From Acidimicrobiaceae bacterium (GTDB taxonomy: Bacteria > Actinomycetota > Acidimicrobiia > Acidimicrobiales > Ilumatobacteraceae), in NCBI GenBank assembly GCA_947490975.1, contig CANLHV010000001.1, forward strand, positions 1,580 to 65,579: a stretch of DNA of 64,000 nt. The letters run 5' to 3'. Position 1 is the first letter of the stretch. Every line of letters starts with the position of its first letter. Both the position numbers and the translations under genes were made by a program. The notes under the pieces were generated by a model, which worked only from the letters and a program-made list of their open reading frames with translations, did not search any database and was not told the origin of the DNA. Positions 9,525 through 20,100 of the stretch are shown here, in pieces.

Positions 9525-10649
9525 CTAGACCTCGACACCCAACAATCGAGCGCCCAAAGCAACATTGTGACCAGACTTTGCGGCGTCATCAAGCACGGCA
9601 ATTGCGGCTGGAACATTTAAGTCATCGTCAAGCGCGTTGCGAACTTGTTCGATGCCCGCACTGCCATCGCCCGCAATTGCCTGCGACCACATCTGCAAGC
9701 GATTATGAGCGGCCGGCATCGCTTCGGGTGTCCACTCCCATTCGTGTCGATAATGATTTGCGATCAAAGCCAATCGAATCGCACGTGGATCATGTTGCTT
9801 GCGTAAACGATCTACAAATTCAAGATTGCCAAGACTCTTCGACATCTTGCTTCCGTTCATGAACACCATCGCTACATGCATCCAGTGTTTGACAAACAAC
9901 TCGCCTGTTGCTGCTTCAGACTGCGCACGCTCACACTCGTGGTGCGGAAATATCAAGTCGCTTCCGCCGCCGTGCAGATCAATTGTTGAGCCAAGTTCGC
10001 GCAACGCCAATGCCGAACATTCAATATGCCAACCAGGACGACCAGGGCCCCAAATAGTGTCCCAACTTGGTTCGTCGGCGGCAGACGGTTGCCACAGTAC
10101 AAAATCAAGAGGATGACGCTTGTGCGGATCTTCGATGTGGCCACCGCGTTCGGCGGCTAGTCGCATCATCGTGTCGTTGTCGTAATTCGAGACAGTGCCG
10201 AACGAGCCAAACTTGGTTACATCGAAATAAACACTCTGGCCCGCTTGATAGGCGAAACCTTTTTCTATAACCATGCCGATAAACCCGCGAATATCAGATA
10301 TCGCCGAAGATGCACGTGGCGTGCTGTAAACATCCAGAGCGTTCAGCGCCTTCATGTCGGCGTTGAACCGCGCCTCTTCGCCTGCGGCGAGGTCAAGATA
10401 GTGAACACCTAACTCACGCGCCTTGGCAAACAATGGGTCGTCGACATCAGTGACATTGCGAACACATTTCACAGAGTGCCCAAGGTCTATCAACCTTCGT
10501 TGCAACACATCATATGTAATGAAAGTAAACGCATGTCCGATATGTGTTGCGTCGTACGGTGTGATGCCGCACGTATACATCAAGACCTGCTGATCAGCAA
10601 CGAAGTCTACGACACGCTTTTTCGCCGTGTCATAAAGCTTCAGCGTCAA
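9525..10649 (-). CDS. mshC: Cysteine:1D-myo-inosityl 2-amino-2-deoxy-alpha-D-glucopyranoside ligase (mycothiol ligase MshC)
   Basis: It has a CysS-like class I core (THIGHAF, KMSKSLGN). Only about 107 aa follow KMSKS, so there is no CysS anticodon-binding domain. HYRHEWEW and the ALDDDLNVPAAIAVLD tail are MshC-like. I trimmed the start to TTG 10649..10647, which overlaps the npdG stop (TTGA). Confidence 0.7.
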   Translation of the reverse strand: MTLKLYDTAKKRVVDFVADQQVLMYTCGITPYDATHIGHAFTFITYDVLQRRLIDLGHSVKCVRNVTDVDDPLFAKARELGVHYLDLAAGEEARFNADMKALNALDVYSTPRASSAISDIRGFIGMVIEKGFAYQAGQSVYFDVTKFGSFGTVSNYDNDTMMRLAAERGGHIEDPHKRHPLDFVLWQPSAADEPSWDTIWGPGRPGWHIECSALALRELGSTIDLHGGGSDLIFPHHECERAQSEAATGELFVKHWMHVAMVFMNGSKMSKSLGNLEFVDRLRKQHDPRAIRLALIANHYRHEWEWTPEAMPAAHNRLQMWSQAIAGDGSAGIEQVRNALDDDLNVPAAIAVLDDAAKSGHNVALGARLLGVEV

Positions 10650-11326
10650 ACCGCACCACCACGCTCTGGTATTCCGGTGAGTCGAGGTGCAACTCTGGTT
10701 TTGTATCGAACATTTAATTGCAACAACACAGCCGTAAATGCCTCGATCGCCAAAGCATTCGACAACGTCCCAGCATTTAACGGACGGCACCCGGGAATTT
10801 TTGAAACCATCTCGCTAACGGTCGCAGTCGCAACTGGATCATCAGAACAAATCAAAACGTCACTGTCAACTTCATGTCCGAGTCTTCCTAGTTCGGTGGC
10901 CGGCAAATGTTGAAATGCAGCTACTACTCGCGACAGCGGAATCTCAGCCTGAACATGTGCGGCGATACTTCCGCGCGGTGGAACAAGGGGTTGAAATTCT
11001 TTGCCAACTCGCACGAGCGCATTAGCCATCGTCACCACGATTTTTCCGGCCAAGTCTTGCGTGTGTTCATTCACAACGGTCGCCGCAGAATCCCATGGGG
11101 TTGCGATGACAACCAAGTCGCAATGGGCCGCCTGATCGTTGTCACCGCCAGAAATATTCAACTTGTAGTCGGGCCATTTTTTGATCAGAACATCGCAAAC
11201 ATCTTGTGCTTTTTTAGCGTCTCGAGAACCAAGCACAACCTCATAACCCACTGATGCCAACCGCAAGCCCAATGCACTGCCCGCTGGGCCTGTTCCGCCT
11301 AATAAGCCAATGCGCATACTTGGCAA
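10646..11326 (-). CDS. npdG: NADPH-dependent F420 reductase
   Basis: MRIGLLGGTGPAGSALGLRLASVGYEVVLGSRD is a Rossmann N-terminus typical of NpdG. Length is about 225 aa. Confidence 0.8.
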   Translation of the reverse strand: MPSMRIGLLGGTGPAGSALGLRLASVGYEVVLGSRDAKKAQDVCDVLIKKWPDYKLNISGGDNDQAAHCDLVVIATPWDSAATVVNEHTQDLAGKIVVTMANALVRVGKEFQPLVPPRGSIAAHVQAEIPLSRVVAAFQHLPATELGRLGHEVDSDVLICSDDPVATATVSEMVSKIPGCRPLNAGTLSNALAIEAFTAVLLQLNVRYKTRVAPRLTGIPERGGAV

Positions 11327-11429
11327 CGCTACCTATCGGCAGGGCAAGAATACGAGTTATAAAAGGCATCTAGCGATCGCACAGCGTTGCTCAGGACAAA
11401 ACCTGCTTAAACCAACTACCGTTGAATAC

Positions 11430-12197
11430 GTGGGCATTTTAAATGGAAAAAATATTGTTATTACCGGCGTACTGACTGAAGCTTCGTTGGCTTTCGGAGT
11501 TGCGCAACTTGCTCAGCAAGAAGGTGCGACGATTGTGCTGACTGGTGCGGGTCGCGGACTCTCAATAACTCAGCGTGCAGCCAAGAAACTTGACTCACCT
11601 GTTGAAGTTGTCGAATTTGATGTCACGGTTGAAGAACACACCGTCACCGCCCGACAAGAGATTCAAAAGATTCTTGGACGCGTCGATGGAGTCTTGCACT
11701 CGATTGGTTTTGCGCCAGCCGCCTGCCTTGGAGACGACTTCATGGCCGCAACATGGCAAGACGTTTCTACTGCAATGCACATCTCTGCTTACTCACTCAA
11801 GACTTTGGCCGATGCCTTTGTGCCACTGATGACTTCAGGCGGCACAATCGTCGGTCTCGACTTCGACAATACGGTTGCTTGGCCTGCATACAACTGGATG
11901 GGTGTGGCAAAATCTGCTTTAGAGAGCACAAATCGCTATCTAGCCAAAGCACTCGGACCAAAAAATATTCGATGCAACTTGATTGCGGCCGGACCGATTC
12001 GCACCATGGCGGCAAAATCGATTCCGTCATTTAGTGCGTTCGAAGACATCTGGAGCGATCGCGCACCACTGGGTTGGGATGTCAATAATTCTGCTCCTGT
12101 CGCCCGCAGTGCGGTTGCACTATTGGGCGATTGGTTTCCGGCGACGACCGGCGAGATCATTCATGTCGACGGTGGTTTTCACTCAACTGGCGCTTAA
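11430..12197 (+). CDS. fabI: Enoyl-[acyl-carrier-protein] reductase (NADH), FabI/InhA type
   Basis: GKNIVITGVLTEASLAFGVAQLAQQEGATIVLTG matches the InhA/FabI N-terminus, and the SDR core includes YNWMGVAKSALE. I trimmed the start to in-frame GTG 11430, because the ORF start at 11310 overlaps npdG. Confidence 0.85.
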   Translation: MGILNGKNIVITGVLTEASLAFGVAQLAQQEGATIVLTGAGRGLSITQRAAKKLDSPVEVVEFDVTVEEHTVTARQEIQKILGRVDGVLHSIGFAPAACLGDDFMAATWQDVSTAMHISAYSLKTLADAFVPLMTSGGTIVGLDFDNTVAWPAYNWMGVAKSALESTNRYLAKALGPKNIRCNLIAAGPIRTMAAKSIPSFSAFEDIWSDRAPLGWDVNNSAPVARSAVALLGDWFPATTGEIIHVDGGFHSTGA

Positions 12198-12203
12198 GGT
12201 CAA

Positions 12204-13751
12204 ATGAAAAATTCGAGCAAGAATTTTTCTGCTTTCGGCGTCGTTGCACTCATCTCTTCGCTGTCGGTTTCAATTTTTAGCGCAGCGATTGCGCAAGCGT
12301 CAAATGACCCGGCTTTCGAATCACAATGGGGTATCAGTGCAATAAATGCGAGCGAAATCTGGACTTTGTCTACCGGCAAAGGTGTCACCGTTGCAGTAAT
12401 CGACTCTGGCTCTGGCCCAAACCCTGATCTGAACCAAAACCTAATCGCCGGTCGGGCAATTGTCCGCGGTCGAATTAGTGAGCCATCGACAGATGTCGAC
12501 CCAGTCGGCCACGGCACGCATGTGGCTGGCATCATCGCCGGCCAACGCGACAACGCAATCGGAATCAGCGGCATTGCACCTGACGCAAAAATCTTGCCGA
12601 TTCGAATTCTTGATTCGCGAGGTGATGGATCAGAAGTCGACCTCGCCCAAGCAATTCGCTTCGCTGTTGATCAAGGTGCTCAAGTCATAAACCTGTCTTT
12701 GGGCGGAGCCGTTCAAACTGGCGGATTACAAATTGCGCTCGAATATGCCGCCGAGAACGAAGTATTGGTCGTAGCCGCGGCCGGCAACGGTGGTCCGTCG
12801 GCAGGCACCACCTACCCAGCTGGCAATGACTTGGCGATTGCTGTAACAGCAGTCGACCAAACTCTCAATGCCCCATCGTTCAATCAACGAGGCGCCTACA
12901 TTGATATCTCCGCGCCCGGCATCAATATTTGCTCTACCGTTCGGCTCGACGCAATTGTCGATATCTCTCGCCGATGTGCAGGCGCAAACGAACCTTACGT
13001 AACAATGAGTGGCACCAGCATGGCGACCGCGCATGTCAGTGGGGTCGCTGCTTTGATCTTTGCTGCGCGACCTGACTTTAGTGCGCTTCAGGTTCGCGAA
13101 GTCATGATCGCAACTGCAAAAGACATCGGCGCAGCAGGGCGCGATGAAGTATTTGGTGCCGGACTCATAGATGCTTACGCAATATTTAAGGCGCTCGGAT
13201 TCTTCCCGGAACAAGTCGTCTTTCCAACCGTTTCATCTCTCGGTCGTGTTGGCCAAGAATCAATTGGCGGAACGGTGCAAATTCCAGAAAGTGAAAGATT
13301 GCAGTGGTACCGCTGTTTATCACCTGGCGATGCAACGCTTGTGATTCCCTTGGATTGTGTGGCAATTTCACGCGCACAGAAAAACGTATACGCACCAACT
13401 CGAAAAGACATCGGCACATTTTTGCGATTCGGCACTTTGATTTCTGTTGGCGGCACGCCTCAGATGCGATTTTCGTCCACCACTCCAAAGGTTTCAGCAA
13501 TATGGACGACGATTTCAACTCTTGAAGTTGGCACTAAAACACCGATTAAAGATTTGGTAGTCAGCGCTTCAAAAAGCAAGACAAGTGCGCGCGTTGTCTC
13601 AGGACCTTGCAAAATCGTGCGACAATCTCTGATCGCAGATACGAGTGGTACCTGCAAGATCAGAATTTTCGCAGAACCAAAAACTCCGTACTCTGGTTTG
13701 GCACAAACTGTCGTTCTTGAGATTGTTGATAAGAACGAAGTAACAAATTAA
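12204..13751 (+). CDS. Secreted S8 (subtilisin-like) serine peptidase with a C-terminal extension
   Basis: It has a signal peptide (...SIFSAAIAQASND). The catalytic triad contexts are VAVIDSG, HGTHVAG and GTSMATAHVSG. About 185 aa of extra C-terminal sequence follow. Confidence 0.85.
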   Translation: MKNSSKNFSAFGVVALISSLSVSIFSAAIAQASNDPAFESQWGISAINASEIWTLSTGKGVTVAVIDSGSGPNPDLNQNLIAGRAIVRGRISEPSTDVDPVGHGTHVAGIIAGQRDNAIGISGIAPDAKILPIRILDSRGDGSEVDLAQAIRFAVDQGAQVINLSLGGAVQTGGLQIALEYAAENEVLVVAAAGNGGPSAGTTYPAGNDLAIAVTAVDQTLNAPSFNQRGAYIDISAPGINICSTVRLDAIVDISRRCAGANEPYVTMSGTSMATAHVSGVAALIFAARPDFSALQVREVMIATAKDIGAAGRDEVFGAGLIDAYAIFKALGFFPEQVVFPTVSSLGRVGQESIGGTVQIPESERLQWYRCLSPGDATLVIPLDCVAISRAQKNVYAPTRKDIGTFLRFGTLISVGGTPQMRFSSTTPKVSAIWTTISTLEVGTKTPIKDLVVSASKSKTSARVVSGPCKIVRQSLIADTSGTCKIRIFAEPKTPYSGLAQTVVLEIVDKNEVTN

Positions 13752-15758
13752 ATGAGCAATCGTCTGGCGCTCGAAACAAGCCCGTATCTTCGACAACATC
13801 AAAACAACCCTGTCGATTGGTTTAGTTGGTCACCCGAGGCATTCACCGAAGCTAAACGCCGAGGAGTACCGATTTTGCTCTCAGTCGGCTATTCGGCATG
13901 CCACTGGTGCCACGTCATGGCCCACGAATGTTTTGAAGACCAAGAAACAGCAAACTTAATGAACCAACTTTTCGTGAACATCAAAGTCGATCGTGAAGAG
14001 CGCCCCGACATTGACGCTCTTTATATGGATGCCGTACAGGCAATGTCAGGACGTGGCGGTTGGCCGATGACCGTATTCATGAGCCCCGATGGCCACCCTT
14101 TTTATGGCGGTACTTACTTTCCGAAACCATCGTTTATGAAACTAATGAACGCTGTCAGCGATGCATGGCAAAACCGTCGCACCGACATCGAGAACAACAT
14201 TGTGGCACTCGGTGAATCACTCTCGAGAACCGCAGCCGTCACCCCAGACGAATCGTTGCCAAATTTTAATTTAGTGACCCGAGCATGCGAGCAACTCGAA
14301 GCAGCATTTGATCATCAATGGGGCGGATTTGGCAACGCGCCAAAGTTTCCGAGCACGATGAACATTGATTTGTTGCTACGAAGATACCAAGAAGAACCAA
14401 GCGAAACATTGAAAAACATCATCGTCACAACGTTGGACGCGATGGCCTCAGGTGGAATGTATGACCACATCGGTGGTGGATTCTCGCGCTACAGCGTGGA
14501 CGAAAAATGGTTGGTTCCACATTTTGAAAAAATGCTCTACGACCAGGCCCTACTTCTTCGCGTCTATGCACACGCGGCCACCGTTTTCAAATCTGAGAAT
14601 TACCAACAGATTTGTTCAGAAATAGTTGAGTATGTGCTGCGCGACTTACGCAATCAAGACGGAGGTTTTTTCAGCGCAGAAGATGCAGATTCGCTCGATG
14701 ATCACGGCCATTCACATGAGGGATACTTTTATGTCTTCACACCATCTGAGTTGCGCGAGATTCTGCCAAAGAATTTGGTCGAACTCGCTTTTGACCATTA
14801 TGAAATCTCGGATGCAGGCAACTTTGAAGGAAAGAATATCCCGACCCGATTGACCCACAGGGGTGACTTCAAGCGATCGCCAGAGATCGAAGAAATACGC
14901 AAGATTATTTTCGAGGCCAGAAAAAAACGAAAGCGCCCACTGCTAGATGACAAAATTCTCACCGAATGGAACGCGATGATGGCTGCATCGCTGATTGAGG
15001 CAGCAAACTTGCTGGGCCGCAAAGACTGGCTCGAGAAAGCCGAACAGAACTGTGAGTTTCTGTTTCGCGAATTACGAATCAGCGATCTCGAAAACGGTTC
15101 TTCGAGATGGATGCGCAGTTGGCAACATGACGGCCTACCACGGGCTAGACATCGGGCACTCGCCTGCGATCTCGCACATTTGGTCGATGCATTTACCCGT
15201 CTTGCAGAAGCAACCGGAAAAGCAATATGGATCTCGCGCAGCATCGAAGTCACTGAGCAGCTTCTTGCCGATTATTGGGATGAGAAAAACGGTGGCTTTT
15301 TTACGGTCGCGGCCGATGCCGAGCAATTAATTGTGCGGCAAAAAGACTTGCTTGACAATGCCACGCCATCTGCGAACTCAGTGGCTGCAAACGCCCTGCT
15401 GAGACTCGGGGCCCTAACTGGCGACGAGAAATTCTCGCGCTACGCCCACGAAATACTGCGACTCTTCACACGAATCGCTGAGGCTGCGCCAAGTGCTTTC
15501 GGCAATTTATTGCACGCGGTTTATCTCTTGAACAAGGGTGTCACTGAGATTGCGATAACTGGAGACAAACCCGAATTAATCGATTTGGTCAAACAGAGTT
15601 GGTTACCGACGGCCGTGCTTACCTACGGCGAGCCATTTGAATCACCACTTTGGAAAGACCGGCGACCGGGGTTTGCCTATGTTTGCCAAAATTATGTCTG
15701 CAGTGCACCAGTGTCGACAGTCGATCAATTGCGAGAGGCTCTTGCTTCTCTGAGTTAA
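13752..15758 (+). CDS. Thioredoxin-domain protein of the DUF255/YyaL family
   Basis: The N-terminal sequence NPVDWFSWSPEAFTEAKRRGVPILLSVGYSACHWCHVM is the DUF255 signature. A long alpha/alpha-toroid-like C-terminal part follows. Its ATG directly abuts the stop of the S8 peptidase gene. Confidence 0.85.
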   Translation: MSNRLALETSPYLRQHQNNPVDWFSWSPEAFTEAKRRGVPILLSVGYSACHWCHVMAHECFEDQETANLMNQLFVNIKVDREERPDIDALYMDAVQAMSGRGGWPMTVFMSPDGHPFYGGTYFPKPSFMKLMNAVSDAWQNRRTDIENNIVALGESLSRTAAVTPDESLPNFNLVTRACEQLEAAFDHQWGGFGNAPKFPSTMNIDLLLRRYQEEPSETLKNIIVTTLDAMASGGMYDHIGGGFSRYSVDEKWLVPHFEKMLYDQALLLRVYAHAATVFKSENYQQICSEIVEYVLRDLRNQDGGFFSAEDADSLDDHGHSHEGYFYVFTPSELREILPKNLVELAFDHYEISDAGNFEGKNIPTRLTHRGDFKRSPEIEEIRKIIFEARKKRKRPLLDDKILTEWNAMMAASLIEAANLLGRKDWLEKAEQNCEFLFRELRISDLENGSSRWMRSWQHDGLPRARHRALACDLAHLVDAFTRLAEATGKAIWISRSIEVTEQLLADYWDEKNGGFFTVAADAEQLIVRQKDLLDNATPSANSVAANALLRLGALTGDEKFSRYAHEILRLFTRIAEAAPSAFGNLLHAVYLLNKGVTEIAITGDKPELIDLVKQSWLPTAVLTYGEPFESPLWKDRRPGFAYVCQNYVCSAPVSTVDQLREALASLS

Positions 15759-16360
15759 AAACTGCCCTCACGAATAATCTCTGATGGTTTGCGCCTTGGA
15801 CGCTTAGCGCTGGCACCGCGGTCAGTCGGTTTGTCTAACAGTGGCCAACCGATTGCCACTGCACCGATTAGCTGCATCTGTTCAGGAACTTTGAATTCAG
15901 CCCGCAACTGGTCTTCGCCATTGAATACCCCAAAGAAAAGCGCGCCGAGCCCAACATCATGCGCGGCGAGCAAAAGTTGCATCGTCGCAAAAGATGCGTC
16001 GACCGTCCAATATGGCGTTGGCCACGCAGATGTTTCGTCACCGAGTTTCGTTTTCGCCTTGTCGGGTTCGCTATAGCGCTCTAGATAGGCGTGAGGGTCG
16101 GCAAAAACCAAACCAATCACTGGCGCGTCTAGAAGATGTTGCCAACGAAAGCTTGACCGTTTTTCACGTGGCAATGAAAGATTCCAAAATTTTGCAGTTT
16201 GTTCATCGCGCAGTAGCAATAAATGCCAGCCCTGAGTTTTTCCGGCTGACGGAGCGCGTGACGCAAGATCAACAATTCTGTTTAAAAGTTCTGAATCGAC
16301 AGGCGCCTTGCGAAATGCACGCACCATTTTGCGTGAGCGAACGCAGTCCGCGAACTGCAT
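15755..16360 (-). CDS. Nitroreductase family protein
   Basis: VRAFRKAPVDSELLNRIVDLASRAPSAGKTQGW is a typical nitroreductase N-terminus. Length is 201 aa. Confidence 0.8.
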   Translation of the reverse strand: MQFADCVRSRKMVRAFRKAPVDSELLNRIVDLASRAPSAGKTQGWHLLLLRDEQTAKFWNLSLPREKRSSFRWQHLLDAPVIGLVFADPHAYLERYSEPDKAKTKLGDETSAWPTPYWTVDASFATMQLLLAAHDVGLGALFFGVFNGEDQLRAEFKVPEQMQLIGAVAIGWPLLDKPTDRGASAKRPRRKPSEIIREGSF

Positions 16361-16370
16361 AACAAAATAT

Positions 16371-17027
16371 TTAGTGCTTGCCGAGTTTCAGCAAGTTTTC
16401 GGTCATCGTCCAACCGTGCACGACTAGCGAGCCAGACTTCTTGGCTGACACGCTCTTAAAAAGTGCAGCAACGTCGGCTGGTGCTTTGCCCGGCTTCAGC
16501 GACTCAAAATCTATAAACCCACTTTGACCGTTGCTCTTGATCGTAAAAGACTGCTCGTCATACGCCGATTCGCAACCGAAACGTCTGGCCAGGCGTCGAC
16601 CCCAAGCCCGTTCTTCGCCAACCGCACGATGATCTGGTCGCGGAATCAATTCTGTTAATGACTTGAAAGCCTCGAGCGCATCTACCGATACGAATCGTGA
16701 CCCAACGACAACATCTTCGTCAGGGAAGGCCATCAGCGCGCGGTGATATGCCTCGCTCATCAAGCCCTTAAGAATTTGATCTCGCTTTGAAGTCCGTTTG
16801 ACGCTCAGCATGCCCAGCAAAACACACGGCGTGCCACCAATTCGCTCGAGAGTTGAAAACATGAAGCCGTGCAATTTGCCGTCGAGTTTTGCGCTGGCAA
16901 ACAGCACCCAATCTTCTTTTGCTTTCGAGATCGCACCAATGCCGAATGAACCACCCATTGCGGCAAGGTCATCAAGGTCTGAATCAACTAACGCTGAGGC
17001 ATCGATAGTTTTGACAACAAGCGGCAT
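16371..17027 (-). CDS. Hypothetical protein
   Basis: This is a 218-codon ORF in a tight same-strand series downstream of dnaE. I recognise no motif. Confidence 0.5.
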   Translation of the reverse strand: MPLVVKTIDASALVDSDLDDLAAMGGSFGIGAISKAKEDWVLFASAKLDGKLHGFMFSTLERIGGTPCVLLGMLSVKRTSKRDQILKGLMSEAYHRALMAFPDEDVVVGSRFVSVDALEAFKSLTELIPRPDHRAVGEERAWGRRLARRFGCESAYDEQSFTIKSNGQSGFIDFESLKPGKAPADVAALFKSVSAKKSGSLVVHGWTMTENLLKLGKH

Positions 17028-17086
17028 AGCCCTTCTATTCTGCCAGCAAAACTGTCAATTTCCGATGGCTCAGTTAATTACTTTAG

Positions 17087-17113
17087 AAAACTCGTTATCA
17101 ATTATCTAACGAG
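17087..17113 (-). terminator. Weak hairpin plus U-run downstream of dnaE
   Basis: The minus strand reads CUCGUUA-gauaauuga-UAACGAG followed by UUUU, starting 4 nt after the dnaE stop. The stem is only 7 bp and AT-rich. Confidence 0.3.
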
Positions 17114-17117
17114 ACAC

Positions 17118-20100
17118 TCAGCCGATGTAGACACTGTTGCCATACGACGCGCGCAGAGCACCAATAGCGCGGTCAATATCAACATTGAATTCGGGGGCCA
17201 AACGCAAACTCTTGCCGCCAGGCATATGTAATTGTACTGGCGTTTGCCCTCCGTGATCTTTTAGCAATTCTTGCAAGTTAAAAATGTCTTCTTGCGACAA
17301 CGACCTACCCGTGAGTTCGATGTGCAGACTCATATCGCTCGCCCGCATTGGCTCAACGATTTTTACTTCTTGTGCATTGAACGAAATTCGTGAGTCATCG
17401 CGCCTGTCAAGTCGGCCTCTTACGGTGATGATTGTGTCTTCATCAATCAAGTGACCAAAACTTGCATACGTTTTTGGAAAAATATTGACCTCAACCGAGC
17501 CCTGCAGATCTTCAATCGTCAGTACCGCCATCTGGTCGCCTTTGCGAGTGAACTTTCGATTGACCACCGTGATAACCCCGCCGAGAGTCAGATAGGCGCC
17601 ATCATTTTTTTCGTCAAGGTCAGCCAAAGAACATTCGACCTTGCGTCGCAACTGACCCTCGACGCCACGCAAAGGATGATCAGATACATATAAACCGAGC
17701 ATTTCGCGCTCAATTTTGAGTTGCTCAGACTTTTCGTAATTTATGTTCGGTATCTCGATCTGCTCAGAGAAACTTGAATTCGAGTCAGAGCCTTGATCGA
17801 AAAGGCTCATCACTCCTTGATCACGTTCGCGGCGTCGATTGAGAGTGTTCTCGATGATTGATTCGAACACCAAGAGCAACCCTTTGCGCGGATGACCCAA
17901 AGAGTCGAAAGCACCCGCCTTGATCAACGATTCAACGGTGCGTTTATTCAGCGTAGAAATCGGTGCGCGATCAACAAAATCGTAGAACGAAGTAAATGAA
18001 CCATTTGCTCGTCGGTAGTCAACGATCTGACTGACGACGGCCTCACCGACGTTGCGAATTGCTGAAAGCCCGAAACTGATCACACGGCTATCGCCCTCGA
18101 CGACCGGCACGAAGTCGACCCCCGACGAATTTATGTCTGGGGTTTTGACAGTGATATTGCTGGCACGAGCATCGGCTAAGAAAATCGCGGCGCGGTCATA
18201 ACTTGCCTTGACGCTTGTCAGCAGACACGAAAGATACTCGAACGGATAATTGGCTTTGAGAAACGCAGTTTGATAGGCAATGAACGCATACCCGTATGCG
18301 TGACTTTTGCCGAATGCGTAGTCGGCAAAGTTCTCGATCGAATCGAAAAGTGTCTCACCAAGTTCTTGACCATAACCACGATCAACACAACCTTTTTCGA
18401 AACTTGCACGTTGCTTCTTCATGTCGGCTCGATTTTTTTTGCCGCAGGCTTTGCGTAAGTCATCAGCTTCTTCGAGGCTGTAGCCGGCGAACTTTTGGGC
18501 TACACGCATCATGCTCTCTTGATAAATCATCAAACCTTGAGTATCACCCAGCAGATCTTGGGCATCTGGGTGAAATATTTTTGGCGTCTTTCGACCGTTC
18601 TTAAAGTCGGCATAGTCATTGTGCATGTTCGCACCCATCGGGCCTGGTCGATAGAGAGCAACGATTGCAGCTATGTCGTCGATTGTTGTCGGCACCATAC
18701 TGCGAACCAACGCACGAATATTGGTCGATTCAAGTTGAAATACGCCGATTGTGTCGCCACGACGCAACAGTTCGAATGTCTTTATGTCGTCAAATGGCGT
18801 CTTGTCGATGTCAAAATCGGGGTTACTTAATTCTTGAATCATCTTGTTCGCGTCTGTGATTACGTCAAGGTTGCGCAAGCCCAAGATATCCATCTTCAAT
18901 AGACCGAGCTCTTCGACTGCGTGCATTTCGTATTGGGTAACAATCGGCGCAAGATCTGCATCTTGACCCGATTCGGCTTTTCGCTGAATCGGCAAGTATT
19001 CGGTCAATTTCTCTTTTGTAATCACTACAGCTGCGGCATGAATACCGACGCTGCGTTTCAAACCCTCGAGACCTCGCGCAGTATCGACGACGGTTTTGAC
19101 ATCTGGATCGCTCTCATAGAGCGCTCTCAATTCTGCTGCAGCACGATAACCGTCAACATGCTGTTCGTTCTCTTCAAAGCAATATTTGAGTGGTGTGTCT
19201 CGCCCCATCACTACCGGTGGCATCGACTTAGCGATCTTGTCGCCCAAGCCATAAGGAAACCCCAGCACTCGTGCCGCATCGCGCACGGCATTGCGGGCTT
19301 TGATCGTGCCGAAAGTGATGATTTGAGCGACATGATCGCGACCGTACTTTTCAGACGCGTATCGAATCATTTCATCGCGATATCGCGAGTCGAAGTCCAT
19401 GTCGATATCTGGCATCGATCGACGTCCGGGGTTCAAGAATCGCTCGAACAACAAGTCGTACTTGATCGGATCAAGATCTGTAATTCGCAACGAATATGCA
19501 ACAGCGCAGCCAGCGGCCGAACCACGACCAGGGCCGACGCGAATTGATTTTTCGTGTGCATATCGCACTAAGTCCCAGACGATCAAAAAATAAGAACTGA
19601 AACCCATTGTCTTGATGGTCAATAACTCGTATGCAACTCGCTCAACAACATCTGGTGCAAGCTTCTCGCCCCATCTTTGCTGGGCGCCGAGCCAAGTTAA
19701 ATGCTCAAGGTATGCGTGATCGTCGGCGAAGCCCTCAGGAATCGGAAAGTTTGGCAGAACCGGAACATTGAATTGAATGTCAACTTTCGCCCGTTCGGCG
19801 ATCCATAAAGTGTTATCGCAAGATGTTGGTTGCTCACGAAAAAGCCAACGCATCTCTTCGGCGGTCTTGAGATAGTGCTCATGACCTTCGAATTTGAGAC
19901 GATTTGGGTCAGCAATCGTGCATCCGGTTTGCACGCACAACAATGCGTCATGCGCTGAGCTGTCTTCGCGATGTGTGTAGTGACAGTCATTCGTTGCCAA
20001 TAACGGTGCCCCAAGCTTTTTAGCAATCTCGATCAACTTTGGATTTGTTTCGATCTGCAATGGAATGCCGTGATCTTGTAGTTCGATGAAGAAATTATCT

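Noticed and set aside
9525-10649. Annotation as cysteinyl-tRNA synthetase (cysS).
   Set aside because: The protein stops about 107 aa after KMSKS and lacks the CysS anticodon-binding domain. The HYRHEWEW and ALDDDLNVP tail fits MshC. A true cysS is expected elsewhere in the genome.
18921-19547. Long antisense ORFs inside large genes (this 208-aa ORF in dnaE, plus 26904..27524 in ileS, 21764..22303, 38479..39006, 12726..13214, 51809..52297, 57753..58241 and 53547..53996).
   Set aside because: All lie fully inside well-supported genes on the other strand. They have no recognisable motifs and have the amino-acid bias expected of antisense frames.
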